From the IMG/VR virus record IMGVR_UViG_2840468577_000004: 64,000 bases of DNA; one strand, given 5' to 3'. A program made the translations under genes and the position numbers. Numbering within the stretch: position 1 is the first letter of the stretch; every line of letters starts with the position of its first letter. The DNA comes from a virus. Shown here one piece after another: positions 51,270 through 59,939 of the stretch. The notes below the pieces were generated by a model. The model saw only the letters and a program-made list of their open reading frames with translations, did not search any database and was not told the DNA's origin.

Positions 51270-52922
51270 CTATGCGGCGTTTTTCAGTAGTTCCCCTACC
51301 TCTTCGTGATATTTCTGTCTTACTGTCATTGCATCTATGACAGATACAAAACCGTCTATATGCGCCCGCTGCTCTATCTTTATCGGGCGGAACTTCCTTG
51401 TTTCCATGTTGTGCTTTAATGCCACATTTAAGAAATGCGACTGTAGCAATTTATTGTTTGCAATTTTAAAATCGCCGTCTTTAATAATGCCCTCAAACTC
51501 CCGTATTACAGGTGTGAGGTTTTCGCCTTGGTAAACATCGTCTGTATGGAATCCGTAATTTTTCAGATCGTCCACAAGGTACTGTGCGCTGTACCTATCG
51601 TATCCGATTTTTAAAACCCTTATGCCGTATGTTTCCAGCAACCATACATACCAGTTAAATACGTCTTTGTAATTAACGTAATTATCGCCGGATAAAGTGA
51701 TAATGCCTTTCTTAACGAAAATGTCATACGGTACTCCATCTGTTGCCTGCAAGGTTTCCAGCCTGTTTTTAGGCATAAAGAATTGCGTAAATGCGTATAA
51801 TACGCCCTCTTTCTCTATAACCACGCTTGCAGCTGTCAAGTCTGTTGTTTGGCTCAAATCTATGCCGCCCACTGCATAGCACTCTTTAAAATCTTCCAGC
51901 GTTTTTAATATTTCTGCTTTTTCCACTGTCTGATATTCCAGCCATGCAATAGAGCTGTTCTGTTTGATATTGCAGTATTTGGTAAGGAACTCTGCTTTTT
52001 TACTTAAACTGCCCTCTGCTACTGCAATTTCATCAATAAAGAAACTCTCTTTTACTGATACGCCCATATTAGGGTTTGCTTTTTTCAGTTCGTCTATGTC
52101 GTTCCATTTTTCCACATCATCAATCATGTACAAAAATGGTAATAACCTGCGCTCTTTGCTGTTTCCCTTTAAGAAACTTGTGCTACGCTTCATTAGCTCA
52201 TCATAGATACTATCGTTGATATATCCGGCTGTACTTATGCTTAAAATCATCGGCTGTTTACGTGCGCCTAAAGCAGACTTCATAACCTCATACTGCTTTA
52301 ATCCAGCGTCCCCGCTCCATGCCGCCATTTCATCACATACAACAAGCTGCGGGTTAAAACCGTCTGACTTTTTGGCATTAAATGCAATCGGCTTGATAAC
52401 GGTATTGCTCTCTGCAATATAGATATCGCTGCGCCGTTTTTTCGCCAGTTCTTCCAACTCTTCCTCTGCCTGTACCATTTGATAAAATCCGTCATATACA
52501 AGGGCTGCTTGGTCTAATTTTGGTGCTAAACAGTATATTTCCTGTCCATACTCCGGCTCTAAGTAAGCCATGTATGCGATTAGCGCAGACGCAAACAAAC
52601 TTTTACCGTTTTTTCGTCCGATAACAATAAAAATTTCACGAAAAACACGTATTTTTTCTGCATCTTGTATGCCAAAAATGGTGGAAACTATAGCTTTTTG
52701 CCATAATTCCAACGTGATTAAATCATTACGCCCCTTGCTATGGTGGCAAAATGTTTCTATGAATTTTATAGCTTTATTGGCTGCCTTTGCATTAAAAAAA
52801 TACTCCTGCGTTTGCAGCCCGTTTATGATGATTTCAAATATTTTTTTAATCCATTTTCCTACGATGATCTCGCCGCTGCTTATCTTTGCGTAGTACTCAT
52901 AGATATAATTTTTATATGGCAT
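51270..52922 (-). CDS. terL: Terminase large subunit
   Basis: GRKNGKS, VVCDE, ISTAG, GGIDLS, HIDG. Confidence 0.95.
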   Translation of the reverse strand: MPYKNYIYEYYAKISSGEIIVGKWIKKIFEIIINGLQTQEYFFNAKAANKAIKFIETFCHHSKGRNDLITLELWQKAIVSTIFGIQDAEKIRVFREIFIVIGRKNGKSLFASALIAYMAYLEPEYGQEIYCLAPKLDQAALVYDGFYQMVQAEEELEELAKKRRSDIYIAESNTVIKPIAFNAKKSDGFNPQLVVCDEMAAWSGDAGLKQYEVMKSALGARKQPMILSISTAGYINDSIYDELMKRSTSFLKGNSKERRLLPFLYMIDDVEKWNDIDELKKANPNMGVSVKESFFIDEIAVAEGSLSKKAEFLTKYCNIKQNSSIAWLEYQTVEKAEILKTLEDFKECYAVGGIDLSQTTDLTAASVVIEKEGVLYAFTQFFMPKNRLETLQATDGVPYDIFVKKGIITLSGDNYVNYKDVFNWYVWLLETYGIRVLKIGYDRYSAQYLVDDLKNYGFHTDDVYQGENLTPVIREFEGIIKDGDFKIANNKLLQSHFLNVALKHNMETRKFRPIKIEQRAHIDGFVSVIDAMTVRQKYHEEVGELLKNAA

Positions 52923-52927
52923 TTGCC

Positions 52928-53281
52928 CTATTCTTCTCTAAGGGCTGCCAGCTTGCTTTGCTTGCGTTTTGCCGCAGGCACAAGCTCTGTTAATTGCTTG
53001 ATGATAGCCGCATAATTCTTTGATAATGCTATGTATGTTTCTGCTTCCGGGCTTTTCTTTGTCCCGTACTGGTTCTCTCCGTTTTTGTACTCACTTGTCC
53101 AGCCCGTTTCCTCTATCACGTTCTGCAATTCATCAAGTTCTATCGACATAAAAGCAGCCTTTTCTATCAGCGGCGTTACCAACTTCTTTTTATTTTCGTC
53201 TAAGTCCTTGAAAATCCCTTTTAATCTTGTCTTTTCACTCTTTATCTTGGCTTCTTTACTCTTTTCCTTTCGTGCTGCCAT
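52928..53281 (-). CDS. Terminase small subunit
   Basis: 117 aa directly upstream of terL. Confidence 0.75.
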   Translation of the reverse strand: MAARKEKSKEAKIKSEKTRLKGIFKDLDENKKKLVTPLIEKAAFMSIELDELQNVIEETGWTSEYKNGENQYGTKKSPEAETYIALSKNYAAIIKQLTELVPAAKRKQSKLAALREE

Positions 53282-53366
53282 TTCTTTTACCCCTTTCGAT
53301 ACACCCCACCCCCTCTACACCACGCATGTGCGACCTTGCAGAGTAAAATTAGGGTTACCCCTCGGT

Positions 53367-53681
53367 CTATCGTGAGTGAAAAATATTTTTTTTGAATGGG
53401 GGGATTAGTTCGCCGTCAGCCGTAAACGCATATCGTTTTGCACGCACGTTCTTTGCATGATGCTCTTTGTTGTGACAGTCCTGACACAATGCCTCTAAGT
53501 TGTCCCAGCATAACGTAATACTCTGCTCGTGTATGTTCTTTGGTGTCAGCCAAATCTTGTGGTGTACAATCTTTGCTGGCTCTCCGCAGCGTTCACACAA
53601 GTAATGCTGTGCTGTCATGTATGCGTCCCTCGTCTGCGCCCACTCTTTAGATTTATAAAACAATTCTGCCCACTCTTTCAT
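53367..53681 (-). CDS. HNH endonuclease (cos-packaging associated)
   Basis: CERC...VHHK...NLEALCQDCHNKEH upstream of terS. Confidence 0.9.
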   Translation of the reverse strand: MKEWAELFYKSKEWAQTRDAYMTAQHYLCERCGEPAKIVHHKIWLTPKNIHEQSITLCWDNLEALCQDCHNKEHHAKNVRAKRYAFTADGELIPPFKKNIFHSR

Positions 53682-53806
53682 GTTGCCTCTTTCTTTACCC
53701 AACGCCCTAGGTTTCATGCGTTGGGCAGGAGGTAAAAGTATGATGAAAAACAAAAAGGGCGCAACGAAAAAACATTTAAGTTCTTTCGTGCGTCCTTAAC
53801 AGTTGT

Positions 53807-53885
53807 ATTATACCGCCCGCACCGTTTCCCTGTCCACCGCAGGATTTGTGCAAATATACCGCAAAATTTGTGCAGCTATTCCGCA
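53807..53885 (-). promoter_or_regulatory. Putative activator-dependent late promoter
   Basis: TATAAT at 53807-12 without a good -35; 22-bp-period repeats starting CCGCA at 53837, 53859, 53881. Confidence 0.6.
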
Positions 53886-53890
53886 TAGCT

Positions 53891-54235
53891 TTACTCAATC
53901 CCATAAATCATAACTGCCAGCTCCTTTACTGCTGCCGTAATCCAGCGTCTTGGTGTATCTTTCCCGGTATTCAATTCTTTCTCAATCTGCTCGTATGTAT
54001 AGCCCTGCATGTAATACATACACAACGCTGTATACTCTTCCTCTCTTTCCGCCTGCTGCCTGCGCCGCTGTATCTCTTCCAGTGCCGCCGTAATATGCTG
54101 TACTGCTGCCTCTGTCCTCTGTTTGCTCTCTTCGTCTGTTGTGTGCTGCAAAAAAAACTGTGCATCTCTGTACTGCTTTAACATCGCCACCGTTCTGTTA
54201 TACTGCTGCCTCTGTATCTCTTTGTTATTTCCCAT
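53891..54235 (-). CDS. Late transcriptional activator (RinA/ArpU-like)
   Basis: C-terminal HTH YYMQGYTYEQIEKELNTGKDTPRRW; last gene before HNH-terminase. Confidence 0.7.
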   Translation of the reverse strand: MGNNKEIQRQQYNRTVAMLKQYRDAQFFLQHTTDEESKQRTEAAVQHITAALEEIQRRRQQAEREEEYTALCMYYMQGYTYEQIEKELNTGKDTPRRWITAAVKELAVMIYGIE

Positions 54236-54518
54236 GTACCGCTCCTGCCTTATCGTCTTTGTACTGCTCTGCCACAGCATTAAATGCCTGCGCCTGTCTG
54301 CCAAACATCTGCGCCAGTGCATCGCATATGTTCCCTGCTGCGGCAAATACTGCCTCTGTAAATGTTTCCATTGCCTGCGTTATCTGCTCCACCGATATAC
54401 CAGCGCAAGGCAAGGACTGTTGCGCCCTTGCCTTTCTTCTCTTTCGCTTATCCATGTATGCAGGTGGATTATATCCGTATCGCTTTTTATAATTCTTTTT
54501 CCACTGTCTGTGATTCAT
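54225..54518 (-). CDS. Phage hypothetical protein
   Basis: MNHRQWKKNYKK..., overlapping neighbours. Confidence 0.6.
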   Translation of the reverse strand: MNHRQWKKNYKKRYGYNPPAYMDKRKRRKARAQQSLPCAGISVEQITQAMETFTEAVFAAAGNICDALAQMFGRQAQAFNAVAEQYKDDKAGAVHGK

Positions 54519-54870
54519 ACCATCGCCTCTTTTCTTCCCTGCTCCAAAACACCTTTCTTGTCTGTATTCCTGCCTCATTCAATTTTTGATATATTTCTCT
54601 TAACTGTTGTCTTTCGCAATCTTCCCTTGCAGTTCTTGGTGGACTTGAATAGTCTAACGGTGTCGTTTCGCTAAAAAGCAACACCCGTAAACATTGAGCT
54701 GTGGTTGCTCCCATTTGTCTGTATGTTCCCATTGTCATGTATGTTTTTTGCCATATCCACAGCTCTATCCCCAATGCCTCATTGATTTCGCTAAATAATT
54801 CATCAAGTGTCGGTTGCCCTATTTCTCTATGCTGCCATTCGTATTCTTGTTTTATTTTATCCTCTATCAC
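54487..54870 (-). CDS. Phage hypothetical protein
   Basis: 127 aa, coupled to the parB stop. Confidence 0.6.
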   Translation of the reverse strand: MIEDKIKQEYEWQHREIGQPTLDELFSEINEALGIELWIWQKTYMTMGTYRQMGATTAQCLRVLLFSETTPLDYSSPPRTAREDCERQQLREIYQKLNEAGIQTRKVFWSREEKRRWYESQTVEKEL

Positions 54871-56150
54871 GCCTCTGCTCCTTTGGTGTCCGTTTCGGAC
54901 ACAATGCCCATTACCTTAATTGCCATGATGCAGTACCCCTCTGCAAGTCCTGCATATTCCTGTAACATATACGTTACCTCTGCCTTTATGATTCTTCCTG
55001 TTACCTCTCCGTTCGTGTACTCTGCCAGCTCTAAAATATCGCCCTGTTTATAGCCTCTGTCATTCTTCCGCAGTTCAAACGACTTTTTGCCGCTTGCCAC
55101 ATCTTCAAAAAACATTTTTGCTAATCTTATTCTGTGTACCTTTGGCTGCTTTGCTGCATCACTTGGCAGATGCTCCATTTTTTCATTGTCTGCCTGCTGC
55201 CGCAGCTTCGCTTTTGTTTCCCGGTCTATTCTGTCCTGTTCTTCACTGTACCGCTGTTCGTCCGTTTTTTCTGCCTCTGCCTTATTCTGGTATTTATCGC
55301 ACTTCTGGCATGTTCCCGTTTTTACGTTGCACTCTGAATAATATAGGCATGAGTAGCACAATGATGTAATACTTTCCGGGTGCGCTATTTCGTAATCGTC
55401 CCCCGGTCTTGGCTCTTCCAGCTTATCTGCTTTTTCTGTTGCTTTCTTCTCCGCAACTTTCTGTGCAATCTCATTTGCCCGTATCTCTTTCCCGGCTGCT
55501 GCCTGCTCCGCAATTTCCTTTTGCTCTGCCTCTGGCAGCTTCGCAGCCTCATACGCTGCCGTTACTCCAATACTGCCACTTTTTAACTGCTCTTTGATTT
55601 CCGGCGTTGCATTGTTGTTGATACTTTCCATACGTGCTACGTTTGTGCTGCTTTCGTTCAGCATTGAGGCTATCAGATCACGCATTTTTCCTTTAATCTC
55701 CAATCCGTCCTCTTTCTTTGCCCGGATAAGTGCCACCTTTGTTCTCTCTACCAATCTCGTTTTTTCGTATGCCGTCAGCTCCTGCGTGTATCCATTGCCA
55801 GCCAGCAACGATAACTCATACATAGCCTCGCTCATATCCTTTGAACGGAAAAGCACTTTTTCATACTCTTTGTGCCCTCGCTCCAAATTCAGCTTGTTTG
55901 CTTCGTTACGTCTGTGCCCGTCAATTATGCGGTATTCTCCGTTTACCCTTGCCAAAACCGTTGGCTGCTCCTGCCCTACGTGTAAAAAGCTGTCTGCCAG
56001 TTCTTCTATGCCCTCTAACTTCTGGTGCGTGTTCTCTTCGGCTGCCTTTACCTCATACGGGCTTAAATAGATTTCTTTGTATCCCTGCGCCTGCTGCCCG
56101 GCTGCCTTTGTCTTTGCGTTCAGAATATCGTTAATGCCAAACTTTGCCAT
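54867..56150 (-). CDS. parB: ParB-like protein with a Cys4 motif and C-terminal ASCH/DUF3850 domain
   Basis: YRIIDGHRR; CYSC...CQKC; GKKSFELRKNDRGYKQGDILEL. Confidence 0.85.
   Translation of the reverse strand: MAKFGINDILNAKTKAAGQQAQGYKEIYLSPYEVKAAEENTHQKLEGIEELADSFLHVGQEQPTVLARVNGEYRIIDGHRRNEANKLNLERGHKEYEKVLFRSKDMSEAMYELSLLAGNGYTQELTAYEKTRLVERTKVALIRAKKEDGLEIKGKMRDLIASMLNESSTNVARMESINNNATPEIKEQLKSGSIGVTAAYEAAKLPEAEQKEIAEQAAAGKEIRANEIAQKVAEKKATEKADKLEEPRPGDDYEIAHPESITSLCYSCLYYSECNVKTGTCQKCDKYQNKAEAEKTDEQRYSEEQDRIDRETKAKLRQQADNEKMEHLPSDAAKQPKVHRIRLAKMFFEDVASGKKSFELRKNDRGYKQGDILELAEYTNGEVTGRIIKAEVTYMLQEYAGLAEGYCIMAIKVMGIVSETDTKGAEA
54886..54902. repeat. Palindrome GTGTCCG-TTT-CGGACAC, copy 2 (parS candidate)
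   Basis: At the 3' end of parB; identical to 47879-47895. Confidence 0.6.
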
Positions 56151-56156
56151 ATCTTT

Positions 56157-56945
56157 TTACCTCGCTTTTCCTGTGTATGCTGTTACAAACTTCTTGTATC
56201 CCTGCGCTGCTGCACAACATGGGCTGTACTCATAAATGGGCTTTCGTAAAAATGTGTTTTCTGCTACTTTCTTGGAATATCGGATAATCCCCAAAATATT
56301 AAAATCTGTGTTCTGCTCCAACCACTCTACGCCTGCTGCCTCTCCGTCTGTGTTCTGGTATGACGTAATCAAAACACCAGCCAGTTTTAACGCCGGGTTA
56401 AATGCTTTTGCGTCCTCTATCTGCTCTGTGACAATATCCAGCCCCTCTAATGCGTCCTCGTCCACCTTTACAGGTACTATTACCTCGTCCGTAATCGCCA
56501 ATGCATTTACAACATTCAGCCCGATATCTGGCGGGTTATCAATGATGCAGTAATCATATTTTCCGTATACGGTGCAATCTCCGTAATACTGCACTTTGGC
56601 GTATACCAGTGCTTTGTATCTTTCAATCTGGTTTTCGCTGTCCTCTTTGGTTAAATTCCATGTAGCCCCAAACAATGACATATTCGCCGTTACAATGTCG
56701 ATGCCCTCATACTCTGTATGCTGTATCAGTTCGTCTACGCTGTCCCAGTCCCCAGCCAGCAACTTTGTAACTGGTGCTATGTTCTCTGCATCGTATCTGC
56801 TGTACGCTTTGCTTAAATTGCCCTGCTTGTCGTTGTCAATCAGCAATACTCTGTAACCTCTCCTGTAAAGCTCATATGCTACGTTTGCTGCCGTAAAGGT
56901 CTTTGCTACGCCGCCTTTTAAATTTAAAACGCTAATCACTCTCAT
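56157..56945 (-). CDS. parA: ParA/Soj-family ATPase
   Basis: NLKGGVAKT, LIDNDKQGN, IIDNPP. Confidence 0.92.
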   Translation of the reverse strand: MRVISVLNLKGGVAKTFTAANVAYELYRRGYRVLLIDNDKQGNLSKAYSRYDAENIAPVTKLLAGDWDSVDELIQHTEYEGIDIVTANMSLFGATWNLTKEDSENQIERYKALVYAKVQYYGDCTVYGKYDYCIIDNPPDIGLNVVNALAITDEVIVPVKVDEDALEGLDIVTEQIEDAKAFNPALKLAGVLITSYQNTDGEAAGVEWLEQNTDFNILGIIRYSKKVAENTFLRKPIYEYSPCCAAAQGYKKFVTAYTGKAR

Positions 56946-56964
56946 ACTTTTACCTCTTTCGTGT

Positions 56965-57384
56965 TTATTCTTCGCTTTCCATTTCCTGCAATACTGCTGC
57001 CGCTTTGTCATTGTCGGCTTTTAATAAATATTCTTCTATCACTTTTGCCGCTTCATGCCAGCCGTAACAGATCACTGCATAATACCCTTGGCTGTTTAAA
57101 AACTTCTGCCACTTTTCTTGGCTCTTTGTAGCCTTGTTTTTTCCTGCTTTCAGTTCGATGTACAACCCATGATATCCATTTCTTGCCACTGGTAAGCAAA
57201 TATCCGGCACGCCAGCTTTTACGCCTTGCCTTTTCAGTGCTACCGCTGTCCTTTTATCTCTCTTTCCCCCGTTTGGGATATGGTGCATATATTCAAGTTC
57301 CGGCATACAGTCCATGTGGTATGCTGCCCACTCAAATAATGCCTCTTGATGCCCGCTTTCATCGTCAAGCCTAAAATTTCTCAT
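56965..57384 (-). CDS. VRR-NUC domain nuclease
   Basis: HIPNGG, GVKAGVPD, LYIELK. Confidence 0.9.
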   Translation of the reverse strand: MRNFRLDDESGHQEALFEWAAYHMDCMPELEYMHHIPNGGKRDKRTAVALKRQGVKAGVPDICLPVARNGYHGLYIELKAGKNKATKSQEKWQKFLNSQGYYAVICYGWHEAAKVIEEYLLKADNDKAAAVLQEMESEE

Positions 57385-57637
57385 TCTTTCGCCCCTTTCC
57401 TCGTTTTACTTCTGAACGACATAAATCGTAATACTCACACCATAGGCAGCAATGCTTGCAATCTTTCCTCGTTTGGAATAACCAGTAAATAATTTTGTCA
57501 ATCATGTTTTTCTGCCCTCTCTATCCGCTCATTGTTTCTTTTGGCAGCAACTGCAAGTGCCATTAACACCATGCCCGCAACCACGCCTGCCATAAATATT
57601 GCTATCGCAGCTATCACAATCAAACTATCAACCCCTT

Positions 57638-58393
57638 TCATTCCAGTTTTACCAGCGTGTACCTCATGTACCCGTATCCGTAGTATTCCGGGCTATGTAC
57701 TCCTTTGCTTACGCTGTCTTTGTCCACGTAGTAACCTTTTATCGCTTTCGGCTCTGATTTGAACCATGCACGATCTGAAATTATTCTTATTTCCGGCTCT
57801 GGTCTTACAAGGTTTTTGCTGCAATTCCAACGCTTGCCCTGTAATGCCCCGTCTGCCTCTGTTCTGTGCGTATCTGTGTACTTGATAAAATAACTCGCCA
57901 GCTTTGCATAGTTTCCAGAATCATCTAACGGGAATACTTTAACCCGGTTATGTCCCTCATACGCTTTATACCAGCACCGTTGCAAAATCTCTGTATCAAT
58001 CTTGTTGATAACTAAATGGTGGTGGCGTGCCCCTCTTTTACCAATCTCCATAACATGCACATATTTAAGCTCTATGCCTGTCTTTTTGCACTCTTTGCGT
58101 AACTCACGTAAAAAAATATCCATGTCCTTGCGCATCTGCTCCCTGCTTCTATCCGGCTGTCCCTTTTTCCGTATGTAGTCCAGTTCTAAATGATAATCCC
58201 CATATCCAAAATTGGCGTTTAACAGTAATCGTAATTTTCTCTCTGCTGCTCTGGTATTAACCTTTTTTTGCTCTTCCTTGGTTGGCTTTACTTTGTCCCC
58301 TCTCTTTATGCCCGGTTTTTTGTATCTGCTGGTAAAGTAACGCTCTACCTCTATCGTCTTTCCTGCTCTTGTAATTCTCTCTACATACGGCAT
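57638..58393 (-). CDS. HUH rolling-circle-type replication protein
   Basis: LLNANF, EIGKRGARHHHLVI (HUH), LASYFIK (YxxK), WNCSKNL. Confidence 0.75.
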   Translation of the reverse strand: MPYVERITRAGKTIEVERYFTSRYKKPGIKRGDKVKPTKEEQKKVNTRAAERKLRLLLNANFGYGDYHLELDYIRKKGQPDRSREQMRKDMDIFLRELRKECKKTGIELKYVHVMEIGKRGARHHHLVINKIDTEILQRCWYKAYEGHNRVKVFPLDDSGNYAKLASYFIKYTDTHRTEADGALQGKRWNCSKNLVRPEPEIRIISDRAWFKSEPKAIKGYYVDKDSVSKGVHSPEYYGYGYMRYTLVKLE

Positions 58394-58531
58394 ATGTTTT
58401 ACCTCTCTTTTGTCGGATAGTTAATACTTTTATCAAGTGGTAAAGGCAGGCTCTACGCCTGCAATTTCCTTGACTTTTCGCCATACGCCGTTTATACTTT
58501 TATTAGGTAATTTATTAAGGCTTATAGCTTT

Positions 58532-58570
58532 GCCCCTATGGTATTCCAGTACCGTAGGGGCTTTCTTTTT
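58532..58570. terminator. Hairpin upstream of rep
   Basis: GCCCCTATGGTA-N-TACCGTAGGGGC followed by a T-run on the plus strand. Confidence 0.55.
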
Positions 58571-58897
58571 TCATTGTTTCTTTTCCTCTCTGTATGAGGT
58601 GTAAATAAGGCGTGAGTGCATATGTATTGGCTTGCTTTCGCCTCTCTTGAAATGGTCTGTACATTCCCAGTTTCCCAACCTTTTTAATAATCCACGTTTC
58701 CTTGTGCTGAAATGGTTATACGGGTATGATGTCAGCCATACATAAACTGTGCCTGCGGTCTGCTTCTCTGCGTCCCACTCTTTTACGCCTATCTGTGACC
58801 TGTCCACTTGTACAAAATCAATACCAGCGGCTTTTAATTGCCTCTCGGCTCTCTTAAAAAACCGCTCTTTGTCCTTTTCTGTCCATGCAAATTTCAT
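58571..58897 (-). CDS. Phage hypothetical protein
   Basis: 108 aa in the early operon. Confidence 0.6.
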   Translation of the reverse strand: MKFAWTEKDKERFFKRAERQLKAAGIDFVQVDRSQIGVKEWDAEKQTAGTVYVWLTSYPYNHFSTRKRGLLKRLGNWECTDHFKRGESKPIHMHSRLIYTSYREEKKQ

Positions 58898-59250
58898 TTT
58901 TTATCTTTCTCGCAATTCTTCTTGCATCTTTCCATTTCCCGTACGGTAAGCATACCTACCAACTCCATAAGTTCATCTGCGCCCTTTTCGTCAATAAATT
59001 CGCATCTAAGGCAGCAGGCATTATAACCACAAATCCCATCATATACAGCCTGTACCTCTCTGCATGTATTACAGTCTTTCAATGTTTCAATCAGTCCCAC
59101 TAATCCGGTAACTGCCTTTATGCCCAACTCTCCGCCTTTTCCATGTATTGGTATTGAAATTTCCTGTACCTTTGCTGTACGATCTCCATTTACAAAAAAT
59201 CTGTTTTTCATTTTGTCTAATTCCTTTCTACTGTTTCCGGCTGCCACCAT
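58894..59250 (-). CDS. Phage hypothetical protein
   Basis: 118 aa in the early operon. Confidence 0.55.
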   Translation of the reverse strand: MVAAGNSRKELDKMKNRFFVNGDRTAKVQEISIPIHGKGGELGIKAVTGLVGLIETLKDCNTCREVQAVYDGICGYNACCLRCEFIDEKGADELMELVGMLTVREMERCKKNCEKDKK

Positions 59251-59885
59251 ACCTGCATCTTTTCTACCGATACCTCGAAAGTGGTTCTTTTCTCTTCTGA
59301 TTCTGCGTTATTATCGCCGTAATGCTTTTTCACATACTCCCGGCTCTGTAATCTGCCTGTGATTTTTACAATCGTGCCTCTTTTGTACTTTGCAATCTCG
59401 CTGGCGTTCTCCTGCCAGAAAATACATGGAATATGTACGTTTCCGCCCTGTATGCGGTTCTCCACTTTCAGCATTACATCAGCTATATGTTTTCCCCTTG
59501 GTGTTTCTCTTACTTCCGGGTTATTCACAATTTCCGCCGTTAATTGCACACCGTTCTGATATTCCGGAAACGCTACTGTTGCAACCTGCTCTGCAAGGAT
59601 AAATACAGCCGTATGCCCGCTTTCTGTATTTATGGCTTTCTGCAAAATACCCGTTGCCATAATATCTCTGCCAGCTACCATATTTCTTGCTATTGCTTCT
59701 GCGTCTATGTTTTCATTTTCCTTTATCTTTGCAGCTACAATTACCGTATCCTCTGCCCCGCTTTTTCTCGGTACACATACCCGCAGGACTGCATAACGGT
59801 TTTCTGTATCGTATCCGCATACCCCGTTTGTTATCTCTGCCTGCTTTACCGTTCCCATGATTCCGGCAAAATTTTCATTGTTCAT
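59217..59885 (-). CDS. ssb: Single-stranded DNA-binding protein (tandem OB folds)
   Basis: VRETPRGKHIAD, IPCIFW, ITGRLQSREY, TFEVSV; start ATG 59885 after AAGGAG. Confidence 0.85.
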   Translation of the reverse strand: MNNENFAGIMGTVKQAEITNGVCGYDTENRYAVLRVCVPRKSGAEDTVIVAAKIKENENIDAEAIARNMVAGRDIMATGILQKAINTESGHTAVFILAEQVATVAFPEYQNGVQLTAEIVNNPEVRETPRGKHIADVMLKVENRIQGGNVHIPCIFWQENASEIAKYKRGTIVKITGRLQSREYVKKHYGDNNAESEEKRTTFEVSVEKMQVWWQPETVERN

Positions 59886-59909
59886 TTTCTGTTCGTTCTC
59901 CTTTCCGGG

Positions 59910-59939
59910 TGCGGGGGAAAAATCCCCCGTTCCCCCTTT
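59910..59939 (-). promoter_or_regulatory. DGR target-recognition hairpin after VR2
   Basis: 30 nt identical to 35592-35621. Confidence 0.85.
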
